Source: Candidatus Poribacteria bacterium
GTDB taxonomy: Bacteria; Poribacteria; WGA-4E; WGA-3G
Length of the DNA stretch: 64,000 nt
Assembly: GCA_965214095.1 (NCBI GenBank)
Contig: OZ243938.1
Coordinates: 1,152,001-1,216,000 of the forward strand
Direction: 5' to 3'
A program made the translations under genes and the position numbers. Shown in pieces: positions 1-8,532 of the stretch; position 1 is the first letter of the stretch, and each line of letters begins with the position of its first letter. The notes under the pieces are model-generated. The model saw nothing but the letters and a program-made list of their open reading frames with translations, searched no databases and was not told where the DNA came from.

Positions 1-89
1 TGTCCAGAGAGTGTCAGAATAATTATGCTAAAACAAGAAAAATAATCGGTTTCTAAGTTGTACGTTTTCTCAAAGTCTACAACGTGAGT

Positions 90-500
90 TTATGCTTCTT
101 CTGATTCCTTCTTATTTGATTTCTTGTTTTCAGCAAGACCGGGAATTGTCTCAGTGATTTTACTGCGAACATCAGATGAAACTTTCTTGCCAGTTTCAAC
201 TGCAGTTTTCACTTGATTCTTCGCGTCCTTAACACGTTCCTTGCTTACATCAACGAGTCCTTGAACACTTTCTTTTCCTTGTTCCACGATTTGCTGTACA
301 TTCTCTTTTGCCGATTCAGATGCTTGTTGAGCGAATTCAAGTGTCTTGTCTTTTGCCTGTATAGATGTATCCCGTATTTTTTCTCGAGTTTCTTTTCCTG
401 GTGCTGGTGCATAAAGCAGACTCAGCACTGCTCCCGTCAAAAAACCGGTGAAGAAGGCAAATATCATTGTCAATCCGTTATTGCGTCCATCATTACTCAT
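90..500 (-). CDS. YtxH-domain protein
   Basis: Motif FFTGFLTGAVLSLLYAPAPGKETREKI followed by an amphipathic helical tail; lies next to a DUF948-like gene as in ytxG-ytxH pairs. Confidence 0.8.
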   Translation of the reverse strand: MSNDGRNNGLTMIFAFFTGFLTGAVLSLLYAPAPGKETREKIRDTSIQAKDKTLEFAQQASESAKENVQQIVEQGKESVQGLVDVSKERVKDAKNQVKTAVETGKKVSSDVRSKITETIPGLAENKKSNKKESEEA

Positions 501-641
501 GAGTTAATCCTTTCTATCAATAGATTTAAGAAATTATTTTTTTGACCATTTACTCTTGAAATGTAACAATACATTCCTATAGGTATATACGTCATTTTTC
601 TAAAAACATTTACAATTAGTTGATTTTGGAATTGGTTTCTT

Positions 642-1271
642 TCAATTTTCTGCTATATTTTCTTCAGATTCCTCTGGTGGTACTTCGCTTTCTGTTTCAT
701 CTGGTTCACGCTCCGGTTGAGATTCACTTTCTTCACCATTAGATTCCGATGTTTCGCTTGAATTAGATGGTTTATAAAATCTTCCCCAACCAGCCTTTAA
801 CCCGTGCCACATACTAATAACATCTGCCAGAGAAACAGCAATTTGATTTCGGAAATATTCTGCTTGTTCTATGGTCTGACCAGAAAAAGTTGATACAGAA
901 TTAACAAGCGATTCAAGTTGTTGTATGCTCTGATTCAACTTGTCCGACATCTCTTGAATATTATGTAACGTGGGTTGAATCTCATTCTCGCTAATCTGTT
1001 GAATTGATGCTGTGACACCGTTTAGGTTCTGTAACAATTCCGGCAATTCCTTATTTATTTCTTTCACTGTCTGCGTGACATCTGTAATAAGAATTCCAAC
1101 TTCTTGATTTACAAGATTCTCTGTAGAATTTAGCGTGTTCTGAATGCTGTTCAAAGACTTTCTTACACTACTCAGTGTCGCACATAGATAGATAAACAAA
1201 GCTGTTAAAGCGAGTAGTGCGATTCCAAGACTACATTGCCAGAAAATAGTTAGAATTGTACTTGCGTCCAT
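642..1271 (-). CDS. DUF948/YoxC-like membrane-anchored coiled-coil protein
   Basis: N-terminal TM helix, long heptad region, acidic tail; upstream of the YtxH gene; GAGG RBS. Confidence 0.6.
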   Translation of the reverse strand: MDASTILTIFWQCSLGIALLALTALFIYLCATLSSVRKSLNSIQNTLNSTENLVNQEVGILITDVTQTVKEINKELPELLQNLNGVTASIQQISENEIQPTLHNIQEMSDKLNQSIQQLESLVNSVSTFSGQTIEQAEYFRNQIAVSLADVISMWHGLKAGWGRFYKPSNSSETSESNGEESESQPEREPDETESEVPPEESEENIAEN

Positions 1272-1350
1272 TCGTATTATCCTCTCTTATGCTATAGCAT
1301 AATTGATATGTAGCATAAATATTCCATTGTTCAGATGAAAAACCTTTGTA

Positions 1351-4005
1351 TTATAAATGGTTCTCAATAATTTTGGTAGTAGCTGCAATTGCATCGTTGA
1401 CTTTATTTATGTCTTTTCCTCCACCTTGTGCCAATTCAGGACGACCACCACCGCGTCCATCTGCAATTTTTGTAATCTCCTGTATCAATTTACCAGCATT
1501 CAAGCCACGTTCTTTTACAAGATCAGATGTAACGCCAACGATAAAGGCTGCATCTTTTCCTAATACCGAAGCAAGCGCGACAACACCAGATTCCAATCGT
1601 GTTTTGAGTGTGTCTACCATCTGTCTGAGACTGTCTCTATCGGTTTTTTCTATACACGCCGCAACGACCTTGACACCATCAACAAGTGTTGCACCATCAA
1701 CTAATGAACCAATGTTTGAGAGTGCACTCTGGCTTTTCAACTTTTGTATTTCTTGTTCCAATTCACGCTGCTCTTGAAGTAATTGTTGTATTCTTTCTGA
1801 TAAACCGGATTTTGGTGTTTTTAGTATATTTGAGACATCGGATAGAATTATATCATCATCTTGGATAGTTGTGAGCGCATCACTTCCCGTAAATGCTTCA
1901 ACACGTCGGACACCTGCTGCAATACTGCTCTCACTGATCAATTTAACGTAACCGAGTTCACCTGTAGCATAGACGTGTGTGCCACCGCATAACTCAATAC
2001 TATATCCTCCTGCTTGCACTACCCTAACCATATCACCATATTTATCACCAAAGAACGCTAACGCGCCTTTTTCTTTTGCCTTATCCAGCGACATCTCGTT
2101 GATCTCAATTGTGTCGTTTTTTCGTACCTTCTCGTTAATGTAAGTCTCTATCTCCTGGAGTTGTTCCGTTGATACGGCTTCAAAGTGATTAAAATCAAAT
2201 CGTAATCTGCCAGACTGAACAAGCGATCCTGCTTGTGCTACGTGTGTGCCTAAGATACTTCTTAATCCACTGTGAAGCAGATGCGTAGCAGTATGACTTA
2301 CAGCAATTGCATTACGTCTATCACTATCAATTTGTGCTTTGACATTGGTAAATGGCGTAATTTCGCCTTCAAGAACTTTACATTTATGCACAAATAGATC
2401 TGGTGAAGGTTTGATTGTGTCAAGCACTGTGAGTTTTGCGTCAGAACTCTCAAGTAAGCCTATATCTCCAACCTGTCCACCTGATTCACCATAGAATGGT
2501 GTGTGTCTAAGCAGAACTGATACCTCATCATCTTGTTTTGCGCGTGCTACAGATTCAGAACCAGAAATCAATGTAACGATCTCTGTATCAATCATATAGT
2601 CAGTATATCCGACAAATCCTGTGCTACCCGTTTCTTTCAGCACTTCAGCATATAGTGAAACTTCATCGTCATTTACGCCGCTACCCGCAGCTTGCCATGC
2701 TGCTCTACCCCGTTCACGTTGTGCAGACATATTCTCGTCAAACCCAACTTCATCAACGGTGAAACCGCGTTCTCGTGTAAGCAGTTGTGTCAAATCAAGT
2801 GGAAAACCGAAAGTATCGTATAATTCAAAAGCACGTTTGCCATCAAGTTCAGTTTTACCTTCTGTATTTAGCGTACCAATAGACTGTTCAAGGATGTCTA
2901 ATCCACGTGCAAGCGTTTGATGAAAACGATTCTCCTCTGCTTGAATTGTGCGTGTAATAAAATCCTTTCGTGGTAATACGTCTGTGAAAACATCACCGAG
3001 TAAATCAATAACTTTATCAACGAGTCGGTATATGAATGGTTCATTCATATCCAGTTTTTTGCCATAGAGCACTGCGCGGCGTAAAATTCTACGTATCACG
3101 TATCCGCGTCCATCATTAGATGGCATGACTCCGTCACCGATTGTGAATGTCAAACAACGGATATGGTCTGCAATTACTCTATGTGGAAGTCCATCAATGT
3201 CATGACCGTAGTCCTTACCTGTCATATCAGAGATTGTTTCAAGTAGTGGAATAAATAAATCTGTTTTATAGTTAGAGTCAACGCCTTGTAGAATAGAAGT
3301 TATTCTTTCAAAACCCATGCCGGTGTCTACATGTGTAGCAGGGAGTGGGTCAAGCGTACCGTTCTGATCTCGATTATATTGAATAAAGACAAGATTCCAA
3401 AATTCACGAAATCGTTCGCTTGTATTGGGACCAGCATCAGGGTCATTTGCAGTTTCAGGGAACGCGTCTACGCCTAAATCAACAAATAGTTCACTACACG
3501 GCCCACAGGGACCGGTCTCACCCATTTCCCAGAAGTTATCCTTATCACATCGACGAATGCGTTCAAGCGGTAGATCAGTTTCCTGTAGCCAAAGCTTTTC
3601 TGCTTCGTCATCTTCAGTATACACAGTTGCCCAAAGCACTTCTGATGGAATTTTCCACAACTCTGTAACTAATTCCCATGCAAAAGCAATGGCTTCCTGT
3701 TTATAGTAATCCCCAAAAGACCAGTTTCCGAGCATCTCAAAAAAAGTGTGATGACTTGGCGAGTGTCCTACCTCTTCAAGGTCATTGTGTTTGCCACTAA
3801 CCCGTAAACATTTTTGTGTGTCTACAGCACGTTTAAATTCTCGTTGTCCAATACCAAGGAATACATCCTTGAATTGGTTCATTCCTGCATTCGTAAACAA
3901 TAAAGTTGGGTCATCGGCGGGAATTAAAGAGGCACTTGGAACGACTGTATGTCCCTTTGTTTTGAAATATTCTAAGAAACTTGCTCTGATTTCATCTGAT
4001 GTCAT
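1351..4005 (-). CDS. alaS: Alanine--tRNA ligase
   Basis: DPTLLFTNAGMNQFK, HHTFFEMLGNWSFGDY, HTATHLLH, ELCGGTH, GGGRPELAQGGG; start moved to ATG 4005 with GGGAGA RBS. Confidence 0.97.
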   Translation of the reverse strand: MTSDEIRASFLEYFKTKGHTVVPSASLIPADDPTLLFTNAGMNQFKDVFLGIGQREFKRAVDTQKCLRVSGKHNDLEEVGHSPSHHTFFEMLGNWSFGDYYKQEAIAFAWELVTELWKIPSEVLWATVYTEDDEAEKLWLQETDLPLERIRRCDKDNFWEMGETGPCGPCSELFVDLGVDAFPETANDPDAGPNTSERFREFWNLVFIQYNRDQNGTLDPLPATHVDTGMGFERITSILQGVDSNYKTDLFIPLLETISDMTGKDYGHDIDGLPHRVIADHIRCLTFTIGDGVMPSNDGRGYVIRRILRRAVLYGKKLDMNEPFIYRLVDKVIDLLGDVFTDVLPRKDFITRTIQAEENRFHQTLARGLDILEQSIGTLNTEGKTELDGKRAFELYDTFGFPLDLTQLLTRERGFTVDEVGFDENMSAQRERGRAAWQAAGSGVNDDEVSLYAEVLKETGSTGFVGYTDYMIDTEIVTLISGSESVARAKQDDEVSVLLRHTPFYGESGGQVGDIGLLESSDAKLTVLDTIKPSPDLFVHKCKVLEGEITPFTNVKAQIDSDRRNAIAVSHTATHLLHSGLRSILGTHVAQAGSLVQSGRLRFDFNHFEAVSTEQLQEIETYINEKVRKNDTIEINEMSLDKAKEKGALAFFGDKYGDMVRVVQAGGYSIELCGGTHVYATGELGYVKLISESSIAAGVRRVEAFTGSDALTTIQDDDIILSDVSNILKTPKSGLSERIQQLLQEQRELEQEIQKLKSQSALSNIGSLVDGATLVDGVKVVAACIEKTDRDSLRQMVDTLKTRLESGVVALASVLGKDAAFIVGVTSDLVKERGLNAGKLIQEITKIADGRGGGRPELAQGGGKDINKVNDAIAATTKIIENHL

Positions 4006-4029
4006 ATTGACACATCTCCCATATACCCA

Positions 4030-4059
4030 ATTATAGTCTAATCTTAGTTTAGAAGTCAA
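4030..4059 (-). promoter_or_regulatory. Putative sigma70 promoter for alaS
   Basis: TTGACT-18 bp-TATAAT on the minus strand. Confidence 0.45.
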
Positions 4060-4089
4060 GAACAAAAGAATGTTTGTTCTGATTTTTAG

Positions 4090-4713
4090 TTAGAATACCT
4101 GATGAATTATCTTCAAGATCAACTCAGAATCGTATCCTCTACGAGCTAAATATCCATGTAATCTACGTTGTGCCACCTGATTAGTCAGATGTTTATATTT
4201 CTTTCCCTGTTTTTTTGCAATTTGAAGGGCTAATCTTGCTTCATCTTCAGCATTAACTTCATTTACCACCTGTTCTGCTGTTTTTCTGTCAACACCTTTT
4301 TCAATGAGTTCCATTTTAAGAAGTTTCTGTCCTCTGGGATTTGATTTTAGACGTCGTTGAACCCATTTCTCTGCAAACTGTCGATCACGTATGTGTCCAG
4401 ATTGAATTAATTCCGTTACGATTGTTTCTACTGTTTCATCACGAAACCCTTCTTTTGCAAGGTGCCGTGACATTTGTGATTTACTATATATTTCTTCTTG
4501 TAGCATTTCAAGGGCATACTTTTTAGCACGCATCATTTCTTCTGCTGTAATCAGTTTTTCAATAACTTCTGCTTCAATTTCTAAACCGATTCGCAATCCT
4601 AAATTTTCAACAAGCATTGTAGGAACAGATAGTTGATGTGTGTCATCTAAATATATCTTTAGGAGTGAGGAGTCATTTAATTGCGGTTGGATATCTGTTA
4701 TTTTCTGTTTCAT
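4090..4713 (-). CDS. recX: Regulatory protein RecX
   Basis: GHIRDRQFAEKWV, PRGQKLLKMELIEKGV, YLARRGY motifs; classical recX-alaS synteny. Confidence 0.9.
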   Translation of the reverse strand: MKQKITDIQPQLNDSSLLKIYLDDTHQLSVPTMLVENLGLRIGLEIEAEVIEKLITAEEMMRAKKYALEMLQEEIYSKSQMSRHLAKEGFRDETVETIVTELIQSGHIRDRQFAEKWVQRRLKSNPRGQKLLKMELIEKGVDRKTAEQVVNEVNAEDEARLALQIAKKQGKKYKHLTNQVAQRRLHGYLARRGYDSELILKIIHQVF

Positions 4714-4732
4714 TCGTGCTGATTTCAAAATA

Positions 4733-4760
4733 TATGGGCAGATATAAGAATCCGCCCATA
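4733..4760 (-). terminator. Probable intrinsic terminator after the ThuA-like gene
   Basis: Minus-strand hairpin TATGGGCGGAT-6nt-ATCTGCCCATA followed by TATTTT. Confidence 0.45.
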
Positions 4761-4840
4761 GTCTGATTTTTAGGTATCGGTATAACTAACAATCCGAACT
4801 GAATATACAGAAACTCTATCTCTGTGATTATATTCAGTTA

Positions 4841-5470
4841 TTAGCTACCGTTAGAACCTGCCCATAAAGCACCGCGCTGTAGCAACGTGCTAAACATCTC
4901 ATGTTGGCATGCTGCAGGATCATGTCCAAGTGCAAGGTAGAATACTTTTCCTTCACCCCAATTCTTTGTCCATGCTACTGGCATAGCTCCACCTTTCCAC
5001 AAAGCAGAAGCAAGCACGTGATTACGCGGGTCGTAATCAAGGATGTATTGTTCATCTTTCACGACAAATTCGTCAAGTCCCTGTGTGATTTCATGCTCAT
5101 TGTCAACAATACTCACCTGATAATCCCTATAACGTGGATGTGTAGTAAAGTAACCACCAACCATAGAGCGATATTCAGGACAACCTCGAAATGAATCTGC
5201 GGCAGAATGGATACCGACATAACCTTTACCTGAAGCGACGTGGTTTAACAATCCATTTTTTTGCGCATCTGATATTTTACCCACCGTATAATAGAAAACG
5301 ATAAGATCATACGGATCTAAGTTCGGAGAAACCAATGCATCCAAATCGTCTTCAACAGTCGTCAGTTCAAATTCGTCTCGTTGTGAAAGTGATTTGACAA
5401 TTTCTTCACTGCATCCCTTCCAGTTATGAATTGCACCACCTGCAAAAACGAGTGTATTTATCTTTGCCAT
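4841..5470 (-). CDS. ThuA-like (class I glutamine amidotransferase-like) domain protein
   Basis: GKGYVGIHSAADSF, GGYFTTHP, DEQY, PVAWTKNWGEGKVFYLALGH; GGAGG RBS. Confidence 0.85.
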   Translation of the reverse strand: MAKINTLVFAGGAIHNWKGCSEEIVKSLSQRDEFELTTVEDDLDALVSPNLDPYDLIVFYYTVGKISDAQKNGLLNHVASGKGYVGIHSAADSFRGCPEYRSMVGGYFTTHPRYRDYQVSIVDNEHEITQGLDEFVVKDEQYILDYDPRNHVLASALWKGGAMPVAWTKNWGEGKVFYLALGHDPAACQHEMFSTLLQRGALWAGSNGS

Positions 5471-5822
5471 TTGTAACCTCCTAATGAATTATATCCGAAT
5501 TATAACATACATCCATCAAAATTACAACTATAGACGTTTTAAAGGCAGAGGCATTCAATTGTCGATATTCGTTGTGTCCATTCATAATATATAAGATATA
5601 GCATGACTTCTCATGCTATATCTGCTGGACTTTACCTCAAAGTTTATATTAGATTTTGCTCATGTCAAGAATGAGCGCGGACAGGAATTAAACCCATGTG
5701 GTTATTGTCTTCATTAAAGCAATAGCACTTAAATTATACATGAGCCAATCCGTTTTATGTGTCGTATTGCCTCATAACGTGAATTTGAGATAAGAAATCA
5801 GTTCTATCAACTGAAACCTTTG

Positions 5823-7598
5823 TCACTCTATAAAAATAAAGTCTGTGATTTCACCCGTAACAACGTACTCGTCGAGTATGAGTGTTTCTTCAACTTCTTC
5901 AAAAGTGTTATTACTGTCCAGCGTCAGTTTGATTGTTCCAGGTGCAGGTATTTCATCTTGCCGTGCGTCAATAAGCGCGTCTAGTGTTTGGGGGAGTTTT
6001 TCATCTTCAGCGTCGAAATCAAAATCAAAATCGAAGTCAAATTCAAGATCAAACAAATCAGCAGTTTCGGCTTCTACTTTCAGTGATACACCACCCGTTC
6101 CAAAATCGGATGGGACAAGAATCGATATGTCTTTTTCAAACGTCCGTTCATCTTCTTCGGCAATACTCCAATGCGGTAATAGCACGACCGTGAACGTCAC
6201 CCGTGTTCCCGTTTGAATGCCATCCGGCACCTTGACTTCTATAATCTCAGCTGACGCTATCTGCGGTTTGTCCATTATTTCAATAGATACCGACTTCAAA
6301 GTCGCCTTTCCCGCAGCATTTTTCAGCGGGTCTGTGAACTCGTTCACAGCGTAATTGAGATTTTCATAAATATCAAAAAACGGGTCGTTTGTAATATTTC
6401 GCCACCTTTGCGTGTAGGTTTTCTTCGTTTCCATAAACGATAGAATTATTTTTCCTTCTGATGTAGCACGCGTCCACTCTTGCCGGAGCGAGTCTGTTGA
6501 TGACGCAACAATAGGCGCAATTGCCCATTCTTGACCATAAGCGACTTTAGTTGTTGTCTTTATCGGTTTATCGCTATTGACCGGGTGATAAGATACATCA
6601 ACCGGTATCGTGTCTGGTGCTGCACCAAGTTCTCCGACAACCGCGGCACTCAAATCCTTCGTGAGTGTGCCAATCGGATCGCCATACGCAATTACAGATT
6701 TATAGGGATTTTGTAAGTTTGCAACAATACCTGCCGTCGTTGCCCGATAGACTGGTATTGAAATCTTGCCATCGTATCGAAGTGAATGCCCAAACGCCAC
6801 AAACGTGTCATCGGAATACACTTGTGTTACCGTGCCGTAAGCAATAACATCTACAACATCGCCTATAGCGATAGCAACGCCTATCATGTCACCAGCTTCT
6901 AAATTACCTGAAGCAGCAGGTGCGTTTGCAGGCGCACCCCCAATATCCGAAACGAAATCAATCGCATCAAATCGTGATGACTTCAGACGCTTGCGAATGT
7001 CTTCAATGCGACGCGGGTTTATACCACTGAAAACCAACGGTGTTTTGACAGCCTGCTGGCGCATCTGTACACCCGGTGCTCCTGGAGCCGCCATAAACTC
7101 ACCTAACGGAAGGTGATCTCGCGCAGCTTCCATTGCATCAATCGCAGTTGCCCAAAAACGATGCGGAGCTGTACCGAAATTCACACCATACGCCAACGCT
7201 CCCATCACGCGACCCGGCGGACCCACAGGACTGCCAGACATACCCGAAGCAATGCCACCGAGTTCTTCTATGATCGGGTCCGTCAACTCAAACTCATAGA
7301 GCGGAAAACCTAAATTAAAATCGCGTATCCCAAGATATTTTACTTTGATTGACACTTTATCTGTTCCATCAAGAACAGTGATAAGTTGATGCTCACTATT
7401 CAACGTTAAACCACGAGCTTCCGACTCATACATGCCCGTCAGAGACACTTCCGACAATATCGGTAATCCCGATTTACCCGAATCCGAACTCATATCATCC
7501 ACGACTTCTTCCGGCAGAGGCTCCGGTGCTTCATCGGAACCACAACCGAATTGAAATATGACAAAAATAACACTCAATAAACAAAGTATATGTTTCAT
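5823..7598 (-). CDS. SpoIVB-like peptidase S55 domain lipoprotein
   Basis: Lipobox-like FGC; GGIASGMSGSPV serine motif; GALAYG; GTVT...FVAFGH. Confidence 0.8.
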   Translation of the reverse strand: MKHILCLLSVIFVIFQFGCGSDEAPEPLPEEVVDDMSSDSGKSGLPILSEVSLTGMYESEARGLTLNSEHQLITVLDGTDKVSIKVKYLGIRDFNLGFPLYEFELTDPIIEELGGIASGMSGSPVGPPGRVMGALAYGVNFGTAPHRFWATAIDAMEAARDHLPLGEFMAAPGAPGVQMRQQAVKTPLVFSGINPRRIEDIRKRLKSSRFDAIDFVSDIGGAPANAPAASGNLEAGDMIGVAIAIGDVVDVIAYGTVTQVYSDDTFVAFGHSLRYDGKISIPVYRATTAGIVANLQNPYKSVIAYGDPIGTLTKDLSAAVVGELGAAPDTIPVDVSYHPVNSDKPIKTTTKVAYGQEWAIAPIVASSTDSLRQEWTRATSEGKIILSFMETKKTYTQRWRNITNDPFFDIYENLNYAVNEFTDPLKNAAGKATLKSVSIEIMDKPQIASAEIIEVKVPDGIQTGTRVTFTVVLLPHWSIAEEDERTFEKDISILVPSDFGTGGVSLKVEAETADLFDLEFDFDFDFDFDAEDEKLPQTLDALIDARQDEIPAPGTIKLTLDSNNTFEEVEETLILDEYVVTGEITDFIFIE

Positions 7599-7636
7599 AA
7601 CAAATCTCCTTTTTAAATAAATATGAACTTGTTGCT

Positions 7637-7960
7637 TTAGTTAATCAAAAAGCGTAAAACCCCATCTCTCACAATCAGTATATTCGGTTCGTAAACACCG
7701 TCTCCATCCTCATTGAAAGAGAACTGACCTAAAATCGTATCATGGGTTTTGGATACGCGCCAGTGTGTCTCGTATGGACTGTGCGTCCGTATTTTCAGCT
7801 CTTTAATGCCTCAGAAACACATGGACACACGTATAAGTGACAGCGGCAAACGCGTTGGGTTCTGTGCCGTAAGTCTTTTGATACTGTGCGACACACTCAC
7901 GATTGCCGCTGGTTTCATCTGTTGGCAACCATCCCGTGAAAGTGATTGCCCTCAGCAGCA
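7637..7960 (-). pseudogene. Frameshifted 3' fragment of a LivK-type ABC substrate-binding protein gene
   Basis: Manual translation: ITFTGWLPTDETSGNRECVAQYQKTYGTEPNAFAAVTY / TDAQSIRDTLARIQN / DTILGQFSFNEDGDGVYEPNILIVRDG, in shifting frames with no 5' half. Confidence 0.65.
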
Positions 7961-7994
7961 GTGCAGAAGCATTTAATTATCGATATTCTTTATC

Positions 7995-8020
7995 GTAGGA
8001 GGGGTTTCCAACCCTGATTT
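7995..8020 (+). repeat. GTAG-type REP hairpin
   Basis: GTAGGAGGGGTTTCCAACCCTGATTT; related degenerate copy near 61046-61071. Confidence 0.45.
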
Positions 8021-8064
8021 AACAACAAAATCAGTCGGCCTCGTGCAATTCACGCACCTATTTT

Positions 8065-8300
8065 AACCTAAGTTGCGACCTAATCAATATGTATGTTTAA
8101 TCTCACAAATATAATATTAAGACATATATATAATATCTTATAAAATAATATATTATGGTCTTAATATGAGTAATTATACACAAATTCAACAAATTTGTCA
8201 CATTTAATCTGTTTATGATTTCAAATTAACCATAATCCACATGATGCTTAAGCAAAGTGGTATCTGGACATCAATGATCTTTTAGGTAGCAACTTGGGTT
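8065..8300. mobile_element. MITE-like element (family D)
   Basis: 19-bp TIRs AACC(T/C)AAGTTGC(G/T)ACCTAA with 2 mismatches, ATTTT on both sides, AT-rich noncoding interior. Confidence 0.55.
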
Positions 8301-8375
8301 ATTTTATCCTTTGGAAATGTTTTATTTCACTTTAGGATAAGAAAACTCGACAATTGAATGCCTCTGATTTTAAAG

Positions 8376-8504
8376 GGATGTGTAAAGTTTTGGCATCAAC
8401 CGCATAATTCGTGGTAGGTGTGAACTCCGATTCCCCACTTGTCACAATTCGGAGATCGCTCATACAAGTTTTTGATCATATTGCGCCAAGAACTTTGCAC
8501 ACTC
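8376..8504. repeat. MITE-like shell (family A, degenerate) enclosing an inverted REP doublet
   Basis: GGATGTGTAAAGTTTTGGCA...GCCAAGAACTTTGCACACTC around GTAGGTGTGAACTCCGATT / ATTCGGAGATCGCTCATAC. Confidence 0.55.
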
Positions 8505-8532
8505 AGCGTTAACAAAGTATGATTTGTTCTCG

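Larger units (their letters stand above)
5546..8366. mobile_element. Non-autonomous TIR-bounded cargo element
   Basis: Perfect 20-bp inverted repeats CAGAGGCATTCAATTGTCGA (5546-5565 and 8347-8366), flanked by (g/a)TTTTAAAGG direct repeats; no transposase inside. Confidence 0.6.

Noticed and set aside
7-28. GAGAGTGTCAGAATAATTATGC, and GAGAGTGTAAAA at 38647, resembling IS256-type ends
   Set aside because: No partner inverted repeat or duplication found within the window
4006-4065. N-terminal extensions in the ORF track for alaS (and similarly ccsA, lptC, lpxL, MATE, array paralog 4)
   Set aside because: They run through promoters, repeats or neighbouring genes; downstream starts fit RBS position and family length better
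6010-6060. (TTTGAT)-like hexamer run encoding FDFDFD, and GACATT run at about 33366-33390
   Set aside because: In-frame and short; cannot cause phase variation
7749-7976. 75-aa plus-strand ORF
   Set aside because: Opposite strand of the LivK-type pseudogene; no RBS or recognisable motif
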